From positions 358,840 through 422,839 of the forward strand of contig JAQGDQ010000186.1 in the NCBI GenBank assembly GCA_030141605.1: a stretch of 64,000 nt of DNA, given 5' to 3'. The notes under the pieces are model-generated. The model saw only the letters and a list, made by a program, of their open reading frames with translations, searched no databases and was not told where the DNA came from. Positions 1 through 11,078 of this stretch are shown piece by piece (positions within the stretch are counted from its first letter, which is position 1; each line of letters opens with the position of its first letter). The position numbers were made by a program, and so were the translations under genes. Source of the stretch: Tubiluchus corallicola (Eukaryota > Animalia > Priapulida).

Positions 1-100
1 AAACGGCTCAGTTAGCACTCGAGCTTCGTTCAGCAGTGTGTTATAATAGAGAATAAGTGAAATAATAGAGCAAAAACAATGCAAACATTGAAGTCATGTT

Positions 101-164
101 GAGCTAGCCTAGTACCAGAGAGTCAGTTTGTCGAGCTAGCCTAGTACCAGAGAGTCGGTTTGGG
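101..164. repeat. 32-bp tandem duplication (2 copies)
   Basis: gagctagcctagtaccagagagtc(a/g)gtttg starts at 101 and again at 133. Confidence 0.85.
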
Positions 165-433
165 AGATACAAATTGATGAGCCACGGCTCAGCCAGCTCC
201 TGATTGGACATTACCGACTCTTTGCTACTCCTTAGCGACTCTTTCCCACGAGTTTGCTGCATAAAAGGGCGTAATTTTGAGCACATTTCATCATTTTTCT
301 CCTGTTAGGAAAATCTTTGCTAGTTTTCGCTGCGATTTTAGCTATATTTCTTAAACGATGTCAAGGCAGTCCAATCTGACTTCATTTTTCAAGTCCAACC
401 GTGTTCCCGCAATTTGTCAAGAATGCTCCCCCC

Positions 434-804
434 AGTACAATGAGTCAGGCACGACTGAGTGACCCGATGATCCTTGCAGTTGAGGCTGAGAAAACAAAGA
501 ATATGGACTTGAAGTCTGTGGTTGAGCTCTTCTGGAGTGATGTTCTGCGTTGATAGTTCTGCGTCGGATTCCTGACAGCTAATAAATACTTAATTAAATT
601 TTAATTTAATTTTTAATTTTAATTAAGTTTCCGTTGCTATAGCTTTAAGTTAAATGCCAGTTGGGAATAAATAAATAGTTTTTCTTGCACGCAAAATACT
701 GTTTATTTTTTTTCAAAATTATACGTTTTTTAAACAGTTAAGTTCCGTCATTATATACAGTTGGGCCCCCCCCCCCCAATTTTTTTTGGTGCACGACGCC
801 CCTG
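434..804 (+). mobile_element. Right end of a decayed hAT DNA transposon (dimerisation-domain remnant plus TIR)
   Basis: 434-553 translates STMSQARLSDPMILAVEAEKTKNMDLKSVVELFWSDVLR*, resembling the hAT C-terminal RSTMxQxRLxxLxxLxIE motif. It ends in gcacgacgcccctg (reverse complement caggggcgtcgtgc, a hAT-type terminus). Left end not seen. Confidence 0.7.
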
Positions 805-1278
805 TGTGCACTTAACAAAATGAAAGATGCACACACCTTTGTGCAAAGAAATAAACAAAGCAGCTGACACGGAACTGAACGAAAGCACACAGTTATATTC
901 AAATGACAGCCTTATTACAGCCGTAGCGTTATAAATTGGAATATTTTCTACACTAGATTATGCAGTTTTCGCATAAAAACTTTACAAAAACCAAATGACA
1001 AATAAGCTGTAATTTTTTAAAGTTTGTTCAGCCATTTACATTTATATCAATTATTGACTTTTGTGAAAAGATAAAAAAATTGTCACTGATAAAAAAAGTG
1101 ACAAAGATAAAAAATTGTAATAATTGGTTTAATTTCATGTTTTATGCAGTGACACACAGTAAAACTTTTTGGTAACTTTTGTGTACACAATTTGTTTAGC
1201 TGCAGAACGACTGTGGTACCCATGCAAAGTGATGTGATAAAGTAATGTGGTGCCTAAATGATATGAACCACATGACTA

Positions 1279-2088
1279 CCGTATATACTCGCATATAAGC
1301 CGAATTTAGAACTATAAAATACAATACTGAAATCAGGGGGTCGGCTTATATGCGCATGAAGCAAAATGAACACAAGGACAGACACTAATGCCAATTTTCC
1401 AGCCACACATTTTCATCGCTATCTGACTCTTTATTTGGTTGTGTGTCACCAGTGGTGTATTGGAGGGGGATCGCCGTCCACCCACTTTTTTTTTAGAAAA
1501 AATTCACATTTCAATAAATGTCTGCTTTTTGTATTCATTAGATAAAAAATATTAAAAATGTATACGGGTTTAATATTAAATCTACTTGTTTTCATTTTTT
1601 CAAAAAACGGTTTTAAATAATGTCAATTTCTTTCAAATTTGTGAATGTAAAATGGTAAGTCTTGAGACTAGCCGTCCACCTACTTTTTATTTAGCAATAC
1701 ACCACTGTGTGTCACCAGTTGCGAGCCGTAACCAAGCCGACGTCATCAGCCAATTGGTAGGCAGCGCGTGGGGAGACGAGGGTCACGTGGCTTATAGAGG
1801 AACATATTGGTGTACACGTTTTCTGAACAGGCACTCTATAAGTTTGAGACAGAGAACGAAAATTGCACAAAAATTGCCATCACAATATGAACATAAACTT
1901 TTGGGTTTTCAAAAGTATGTTATTGATCAAAGAAAGGCTGGTGACTTCCCTCTCTTCAGAATTGGCAACATGGATGAGACAAGTTGATGGTCGGCTTATA
2001 TACGGGTTTTTGCAAAAACTGGCCATTTTAAAGCAGTTTTAGGGGGTCGGCTTATATGCGATGTAGGCTTATATGCGAGTATATACGG
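1279..2088 (+). mobile_element. Internally deleted pogo/Tc2-like (Tc1/mariner superfamily) transposon with transposase remnant
   Basis: TIRs ccgtatatactcgcatataagcc / ggcttatatgcgagtatatacgg and TA on both sides. Internal peptide WCTRFLNRHSISLRQRTKIAQKLP...IGNMDET matches the CENP-B-type HTH end and first catalytic Asp of pogo transposases. Confidence 0.88.
1450..1707. mobile_element. hAT-type MITE nested in the pogo element
   Basis: Perfect 13-bp TIR cagtggtgtattg / caatacaccactg and perfect 8-bp TSD tgtgtcac (1442-1449, 1708-1715). Confidence 0.9.
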
Positions 2089-2334
2089 TACCAAACATTC
2101 TTAACTCTTCTCAAAGTAGGTAGCTCAAGTCACAGCTGTAATAGTCTTTTCAAGCAAATATGAAAGCATTTTTATCAAAATTTATGTAATGTAATAGCTA
2201 CTGAGTTATTTGTTGTCATCCATCCAAGTCCTAACTAGAGCAGGTAATGCTTAACTCCAAGAGCTGAATTTGAGCTAAACAGCAGTGTGCTTAACAAAAG
2301 TTGTTAATGTCATGAAAATGTATGCTTCGTTTAG

Positions 2335-5300
2335 GGTGTAGGTACTGTTGTATCAGGGACAACATTGAAAGGCGTCATACAGCTAAATGACGTGCTGTTA
2401 TTGGGACCCGACCCTCTGGGTCATTTCCAACCTGTTGCAATAAAGAGCATACATCGGAAACGTATGCCTGTCAAATACGTTCGTGGTGGTCAGACAGCAT
2501 CTTTTTCTTTAAAAAAGGTAAAATGGCTTGAGTCATATGATAATTTTTTTAAAAGATATAAATAAATATATAATATAAATAATTTTTCTCATTAATGATT
2601 GGCTGGTTTTTTGTGGTGCAATGGAAATAAGCAGTGTTACCATTTTTACATTTTAATTTTAATCTACACTACCAAAATTGTAAACAGATTTGTTCTTTAT
2701 GCCAACATGATGAAATTTCGCATTATCTTGTATATCTAGTGACAAAACGATGATTTGCTGTGGATGTTTGGCTGTTAAGAATTAAGCTGCTGTTTACAGC
2801 TGTGCACGTCTGTGGTAAAAATAATTATGTAATTTTGCATTTTAGATTAAACGCTCTCAGATCAGGAAAGGCATGGTGATGGTGTCACCTCACCTCAAAC
2901 CAAAGGCTTGTTGGGAGTTTGAAGCAGACATTCTTATACTTCATCATCCAACAACAATTAGTACTCGTTATCAAGCCATGGGTAACCTACTATATAATTA
3001 CTAAACTTCAGCAGCTCAGAGTGTAAAGTAAAAATACATGAAAACTAGTGGACGTTTTTGACTGTGTCAAAAACTGTGCTAAGATTCTGCTTCTGTGACA
3101 GGAGATGTTTTATGTGACAACTTTCGTTTTTCAAATAAAAAGATATTTCAAAATAGTAAACATTATACATGTAGGTACTGTTGCGCTTGACATTGAAACC
3201 TTTAGTGAAATTGGAGTTTTTAATTTTTTTACCAGTAGCTGTAACTCAAGGTTCTGAACTACATAATATTGCCTCCATTGAATGTTTGATTACTTAGGAA
3301 TAACATTTTGTTTTAGCAAAATCTAAACTATAATTTTCTGACAGGTGACCAGTCACCAGTCTAATCATTAACTAAGCCCTGTATTGTTTTTATCATTACC
3401 AAGCACAACATGACCACACAGGTATTTCCAGACAGGAGCACAAAGTTGCTGAATAATAATTAATTTTACTACAATCAACGTAATTTACTACATATCAATA
3501 GCATTTTACCATTAGCACACTCAAATCAATTTTAAAGAAAACAAAAATGCAAATTATTTTATACACATTATTTTGTAGAAACTCACAACCTGGCAGACAC
3601 ATTTTGCATAATGTCCAAACAGTGTGAAATGAAAAATGATATAAAAAATCAAAACAGAAAGCTTGAAGTAGGATTTGTACCCACAACTTTTAGATGCAAA
3701 ATAATCTTTCTAACCTACTGAGCCACGTCACCTCTGCTAGTTATTATAGACAGTGTGATGTAAGACTATAATCGTGCCCGCTGCGTGTGTATCAGTTTTA
3801 GATGTGAAATTTCTGCTGTTTTCACTTGTATTTAGTCGATCGATATTCGTGCTCATTTAGGAATTTTAGGGAAAAACTTGCATTGTCTTGTAGCTCAGCT
3901 CTTCCTCTTTCTAAAAAGCTATGAAACTCGCTTAAACATTCCCATAACATGCCCGACGAACATATTTTCTCGGCAGCGTTGCTAACATTTCAAGACTGAA
4001 ATGGGACCTTCATTGGCGAAATATACCAGTATACAGCTGTAAGCAGAATCATAATTAAAAATTGTACATGAATAAGTTTTTTGCTTGCTATGAAAGGCTT
4101 TAAATTAGCATTGGACATATACAGTAGGCGCCGCGTAATAGACTCACGGTTAATAGACTCAACTGCTTAATTGACTCAAAAACGCCCGGAGCGGGCCGCT
4201 TCTACTCAAATTTATGTAAAAACTATCAGTAATTGACTCTAATAACTCTGCATAATTGACTCAATATTTTTCCTTCTCCTGCTTTAAATAAAAGGTTTGT
4301 ATGTGCCAAAAGAGCCTTTCTAGTTTCGTGTCATCTTTACTTCCCTTTTCTGCACTATGTATGCAGAAAAAATCATGTTCAGTACCATTTTGTTTGTAAG
4401 AAGGTATGTTTATCATGTGTTAATACGCTAGCGTAGAGGTTTGCTTTCAATCTGTTACCCGCTGGCCCACTGTTACCCAAAGAATTTCTGGAAGCTAAAC
4501 ATTTAATAACTTGCCTAACAGTTTCCTTTTGATGCTCTTGTTGCAAATCATGCTTTCAGGCTTAATGAGTTAACAGTCAAAGATGCAGGTACAGTAATCA
4601 GCACGTATGCCTTGTGACTTGTGTATGTAAGTGAGCAGAAGATTCAAAACTGCTTTAGTCACACACAACAATAATATTTTCAACGTTTTTATAATTACGA
4701 GAACTTTGTGGGCCAACTTCTTTGCGAGAAAATGAAGCTGCCGACTTTGAAGGAATTTTTATAATTTTTGCAAATAAACAGACTTAGAAAAATCTGTGAT
4801 TTAGAAAAGCATGCTTTTTAATTTATTGCTGATTCACTTATATAAATTAATATTTTAAAATATTTTTTCTAATTTTTAACTGCACAAAGGAATTTAGGCA
4901 TTACTTCATTTCTAAAATTCATTAAAAACTTTTTGCAGTGCATAGTGAGCTAATGACTCATACTTCTATACCTGTAATACTACGCCCATCGGTTAATAGG
5001 TTCAGTCGGTTAATTGGGTCAAAACACTTCGGGCCCAAAATGAGTCTATTAAACAGTGCCTACTGTATATATCTTACATATGTCTTACGTACATAATATA
5101 TAATAGACAACCTATATTCACAACTAATTTTATATTGTGCACCGGAATCGAGGTTTTACATTGCAGATTCTTGGTAAGATTTAAACTAAAGTGGAAAGTG
5201 TTGGAAGTGCAGGACTAAACGAGAAGTACAGTATAGCTACTAAACTGGTCACAGTTCTGTTTATTTGTGGCTTCGTCACTAACTGTGTTGTACTTTCCTG

Positions 5301-8241
5301 CTGTGTGTAGACTACATGTAACTATATAAACTTAAACAATACTTTTTGTTGTTAAACAATATATAATTTACTTATGTTACTCATTCGGTAATCTTCATGA
5401 CCCCGAAAGTTCCATCAATAGATTGAGCTCTTCCTAATCTTTTGTTTGATGTGTTAGTTGATAATATTCTCTTATTACTGTTTCCTGACTTCTGTATGAC
5501 CCTGAATTTTTAACCTTTGCCAATTTTTAGAATGCATTCAGAAAAACCTTCAGGACCTCTTCGTATCACCTTGAAGGAGTTTATTTTGTGCTTTCGTTCA
5601 ACATGTAATGTGATTCTGTTCTTACACCCATTTGCTTATTAATTTTTTAACAACTTACTATTGTCCTCACTTTCAAAAAACTTTTTTTAAGAATCACTGT
5701 GTCTGTTCCCTGATGTTCAAATATGGCTACTTATTATATTATGGAATTTCTTGTCTGCTAAACCTTAGCTTTTTCTACAAAAAGTGATTAAATTGCAACT
5801 TAGGTATAGATATCAGCTGACCGTTGTTCAGATAATATCCAGTTACCTGTTGTCCAGTGTAATTGAAAAAATGTTCAAGTCATACAGTAATTTGCATTTT
5901 GAAATGTTGATGTTTCCATGTGTTGTATTTCAGTTCACTGTGGCAGCATTAGGCAAACAGCCACAATTGTCTCAATGTCTAAAGACTGCTTACGAACCGG
6001 AGACAAAGCGAGCGTAAAATTTCATTTCATAAAAAATCCAGAATTCTTGCGACTTGACCAGAGGCTGGTCTTCAGAGAAGGTCGAACAAAAGCTGTTGGA
6101 AATATAACAAAACTGTATCCACATACACCAGGTAATATACACAACCTCACAGTTTTTATCAGGTGCTAATCAAAGAAACGCATTTAACTGGCAGAAAATG
6201 ACTAATAAGTGGGTTTAGCTCTTTTTAACAATCAAGCAACTTCTGCTCCTGTGAAAAATCATGACCAAATTACCCCAAAAGGCATGACAGTAATGAAAAG
6301 AAATATTGGTTATTTTACGCTAATTAAGTAGTACTATTATACAGGGGCGTAGCCAGGATCTAAAGTTAGGAGGAGCAAGCACATAAAAAAGTGTGACACA
6401 TACTAAACAGTTTTAATGCATAGATTCTTTCTCTCGATTTACGACTTCTTTTATCTTGTTTCTGTCCCGTCCAGATAGTTTCTCAGTGTTTTTCTTCACG
6501 ACATTCCTTCGCATCATTACCAGAAAAAAATCTACGATAATATGCTTGATATTCTAAACACTCTTAAAACAACAGACATGATAATTATACCACCCTCATA
6601 GTAAAATGTAAAGACAATTTAGACAATGAGTTAAATAAATGCACGTTCATTTTAAAAACATGGGCTGTAGGTTGGTCAAATAAAGTAATGACTCCAGAAA
6701 AAGCTTCCAAAGGTTATGCAATTAAAAAAGAGAAATATGAAAGCATTGGACTTTTATCGTATAAGTGAACTAAAGAGTTTAAAAAACTGTTGAAAAGGCT
6801 CTAATTTTGAAAAATTTGCTCGGAGGAACGGTTGCTCCCCTATTAGCTATGCCACTGCGATCATACATAGTACTGAAAAGTTAAAGGAAAAACCAACCCT
6901 CGAACAAGAACAACAACAACAATAAACTTGTTTTTAATAGACACTTAAAAATATTGAAATTACCATATGATATGTGTGCATAAAATGTCTTGCTTAAAAA
7001 TGTAAAGGAAATTAAAATCATTTTGTCTCCCACCAAACGACCCTTGCTGCAGAATATTTCCAAAAACGATGTAAGCTGGTGGGATAGCACAAAGCTTCTG
7101 CAGAAATTGTACTATTTTAGCTGATGAAATATTTGTGTTTATGTAAAAATTAGTCGGCGGATCAATTTGCAATAACTTTAAAGTGCTTACATTGCTTTAA
7201 CCCTCAGGCTTATACCTCTAAATGCGTGTGTACTACACAATATAATAACACACTTAAGCATGGAATCCAGCGAGGCTGTAAGCATATAAGAGGTGCTAGG
7301 CAGTTTAATTATCTTATAGAGTTCATTGTTATCTTGTTAAAATAATTATTTAACTGTTTTTCATTACATAGTGGGCAAAGGCATTTATCAAAAAACAAAA
7401 AAAATAGTATTAATAATCTTTCGTTTAACATTTTTGGATTGTTTGTAGTTAATAATAGTCACTGCAGCTGCAAAAGAAGTTCGCTCAAGCACCTTGCAAG
7501 TTAAGTGTTTATTTGGCACGGCAACCAGATGGCACCCTTTTTTGTTCAAAATGTGTACACCTAAGCTTGAAGCGATCACGCTTTTAAGTTGATTTTGCTA
7601 ATTACACCAGGCACTTATCACAATTTTATTGCTGAAACTTTGTAACATTTTTTTCAAATACTAGTATAAGGTCAACTTCATGATGGACTTGGCTTTTGCT
7701 TTAAGGAAACGTGCAATTCATGGTTTTTTAACAGAGTTAATTACCGTGTAACAATGCAGTTAGTAAGTTTGTTGAATAAGGTGATTTCCAATTCTTTCTA
7801 CACATTTACATTTACACATGCAGAGTTTTTTCTTTTTTCATTTATATAAAAGTGGCCATGATGGAATAATGTGGTTAAAATGCCATGGTATAAACCAGTC
7901 TAATTTGTGAATCTAGTTGGCTGGTTTTGTAACAGTCTGAATATGTGCTTATGTATTAGCTTTACACTTCTACTCCATTAAAGACAATTTCTATTGTTTT
8001 GGTTTAATGTGGTAGTTATTTGAACAATTTTGCAGGCTCACAGTTAGGACAACATCGAGGTAAGGTTAGTAAAAACCGGGGTGAAGGTCCTGGACCTCAT
8101 CACCAACCTGATAACTTTACTCCTGTGACAGCAGCTTCCCCAGTCAAAATCAAGCCAGAAAATGAACCTCAGAAAGCCAGCAAACGAAACAGAGGTGGAC
8201 GAACACGGACAGCAAAAGCCAAAACAGATTTTTCAATATGA
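2335..8241 (+). CDS. GTPBP1: GTP-binding protein 1, 3' part (last 4 coding exons; 5' part lies outside the window)
   Basis: Exons 2335-2517, 2846-2981, 5934-6131, 8036-8241 have GT-AG ends and consistent phases. They give [13 protein letters not shown]...LGPDPLG...[10 protein letters not shown]...GGQTASF...[35 protein letters not shown]...[12 protein letters not shown], near-identical to GTPBP1 domains II-III. The last exon is poorly conserved and less certain. Confidence 0.93.
4122..5065. mobile_element. Tc1/mariner (Tigger/pogo-like) MITE
   Basis: Imperfect 25-bp TIRs cagtaggcgccgcgtaatagactca / tgagtctattaaacagtgcctactg, flanking TA, and subterminal taat(a/t)gactc repeats. Confidence 0.8.
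6342..6857. mobile_element. Degenerate hAT-type MITE
   Basis: Termini caggggcgtagc / gctatgccactg. Putative 8-bp TSD ctattata vs cgatcata (6/8). Confidence 0.6.
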
Positions 8242-9083
8242 GTTTTGCTTAGTTTTAGAAATTATGTAAGTGATACTTAATGTGTTTTGATGCTTCTGTA
8301 TAAATTTTTTATTGTGATCTACAACGTACTTTGTACTTTCAATTAAGGTATGTTCGTCTAGCAGACTATTGTATTTATAACACCGTTTTTATTGTCACTT
8401 TCCTGCAGTTGTATTTTCTTTCTCGTCTACATACAATAAGTATTTCTTTTTTTAAATATGCTGTTTCTTTCAAGTTATGAGGTATAGCCTCCTTCTTTAG
8501 TTTTGTAATAGTGCATGCTCGATCTTCTTCTTTATTCTTTTGCAGCAACTGCTTTAAGATATTTTATCATGATAACCAGATCTGCCTGATATATTATGAC
8601 TTCCTTTACAAGTGATTTTATTTGAATGTTTTTAATTCGGTTTGCTCTTCAGTTGCTAATTTCGTAAATTTTATCAATGTTTACCGTCCTGTACATTTTT
8701 ATTGCTCTCGTCTACCCCTTTTTGTGCATTGGATCAATAATTGCCAATATTGACAACTTTTACTGATGATTTTTCTTGAGGGCTTTTAATTCATTTCGCT
8801 TAACAGTGCTAACTTTCTTAAATTTTATGGATTTTCCATCATTCTGCTTGTTTATACTTCTTGTTTTTTGCAAATGCAGCTATGCATTAGCCCCCACGTA
8901 GCCATACATATACCAAAGCATAATGTCGTTGTCATTTTGTGGTTTATAATTGTTTGTATGACGATTCAGCAGTTTAGACCTTTCTATGCTAATGATATGG
9001 TAATTGATGCAAAATAAAAATAAGAACTATACTGTAATGACAGTAATGTACAAGCTTCTTTCTACCAACTGTTTATTACCATC

Positions 9084-9230
9084 AATTTACAAAGCAATTG
9101 ATGATATAGAGTAGGACAAACTGTGTACTGTGCTAAATTTTTCTAATGCATAGAGCAAAAGAATGCATTAGAGAAATTTAGCACAGTGCCCAGTTTGTCC
9201 TACTCTATATCATTAATTGCGTTGTAAATT
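9084..9230. repeat. Near-perfect inverted repeat (68-bp arms, 11-nt loop), probable foldback MITE
   Basis: 9084-9151 pairs with 9163-9230 with few mismatches. It is flanked by ttattaccatc / ctactgccatc (8/11, possible TSD). Confidence 0.85.
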
Positions 9231-9782
9231 CTACTGCCATCAATTATTCGAAATAAAGTTAACATAATGACATATGACATAAAATTAAAGAGATATTGGT
9301 CACATTAAAAATAACAGTGCTAGCAAACTCCATTCATTAAAGAAGTTTTTAAAGGGATTTTAAAAACTGCAGTTAAGCAATCATTAAGTAGAATGAGTGA
9401 AAATGAGTAGAATGATGTGATGTCGTACATCTATGGGCGATGGTGATACACATATTTTAGACATGATACCTATATTATATAGGTCTCGCTTGCACTATTA
9501 TTTGTAATGCAATCAGTCTTTCTTTAATTTGATCTTACAGTGTAAATAGATGATGACAGTTGAGTTTATTAAGCAGTCCATAACATAGTGTAGTCACATT
9601 AGGCACTGCCAAAATTTACAGAGACATGAACTATTTCAAAACTTTTAAAATGTGAAATTTTAGCAACGATCTGTTCCTTTAGAGCCTTTAATCAAATCCC
9701 AATTTTTATTCGCAGTCTTTCTTGAGCTGTTGGAATAGTTTATGCACAGTACAAGCACTTACATGAAAGTAACTCTTTCTGA

Positions 9783-10054
9783 GACCAGACGGTTTAGCCT
9801 AGTGGTAATGCATCTGCTTTCCATCTGGGAGGTAGTGAGTTCGAACCAGTGGCTGGGTCATACCAAAGACTTTAAAAATGGTACCTGCTTTGCCCTGCCT
9901 GACGCGTGGTATTTAGGGTAAAGTGGGGTAATAATAGTCTCTGTTATGTAGTTGTAGGTTGTTATTTACAGTCGGCGATAATAGCTCTATGAGCTAATGT
10001 TAATTGTTGATCCAAAAGCCGACTTTAAATAAAGATTATTATTATTATTATTAT
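9783..10054 (+). mobile_element. tRNA-derived SINE
   Basis: Pol III A box (tagcctagtgg) and B box (gagttcgaacc), then central ggtcataccaaagactttaaaaatggtacctgc, and a 3' aataaa followed by an (att)n tail. No tRNA acceptor stem. Confidence 0.85.
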
Positions 10055-11078
10055 ATTACATGTAAAGCAACGGTACTCATAAGCAAAAGATATTTAGAAA
10101 TAAGAAACATGTTCTCATATGATAATGCAAGTGAATAATTACAGCATCTGCAATGAATACCACAATCACATCCACATGTCTGAAATACTGCAAATACTGT
10201 AATTTTTTCATACGTTGTATCTTGGAAGTTTTGTCATGTTATATTAGCCAGTTCTGTAATATAACTAAATATGTGCCAGTAAAGAAAAGCAAAAAAGCTA
10301 ATTACAAAAACATGCTTGTTTTCAAATATGTTCACACAATGTAGTATCAAAGCTAAATGGAGATGAATTCCAACTTTTCAAAATAAGTACAAGATGTGGA
10401 TAACTGGTATGAGAACTACTTTTTTTAAAGACAAAATGTTTTACCATTACATGACATTATTTTTGATACTTCAAAACATTCATACGCTTAGACAAAACTT
10501 AATATTAACGGTAGTAAATAATTTCTAAATGCACCAATTACAATGGAATTACTAATTCAGCACAGTTTACAAACCTAGTATGTTCGTCTAATCAAAAGTC
10601 AGATTTACACAACCGAGACATTTGCAGCAAAAAATGCTTTGCGCGATATTTATTAAAAGAAAACCAGCAGCCTAACGGTTAATCTTTTTTATCTTCATTT
10701 GGTAAATTTATTAATTGAATTAATAAATTTTCATGTATTTGCTTTGACGGCAGTTTCTTTACATTTTTTGCTACCTGATATGAGTGCAAACTTGAACAAT
10801 TAACAATTTTAAAAAATAATTGATCAATGCTGACAGTGGAACTGATAACCTAACACTAAACTGCATGACATTAATAACAAAATTGCTATTCAGTTGTTCA
10901 ATTAAAGCAAACTCTTGATTAACTTGGCAAAACACGCTTCAAAAGTAGACAAAGTTCATTGATTTATTTATGTAGACAACTATTGATTTATGCGTTACAT
11001 GTTATCCCCATAGCAGCTATGAATACAGGTAGCTGTTTTTATATTAACTAAAGTTTTTCTTTTAACATATGACTGTAA

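Noticed and set aside
1586-1987. Domesticated pogo gene (POGK/POGZ-like)
   Set aside because: It is enclosed by TIRs and TA TSDs, truncated just after the first catalytic Asp, and starts at a non-ATG codon in a nested MITE.
7197-7740. Possible piggyBac MITE (ttaaccct ... agagttaa)
   Set aside because: The terminal match does not extend beyond a few bases and is expected by chance in AT-rich DNA.
9785-9856. Possible tRNA-Gly(TCC) gene
   Set aside because: A and B boxes are present, but there is no pairing acceptor stem and it continues into a SINE body and (ATT)n tail.
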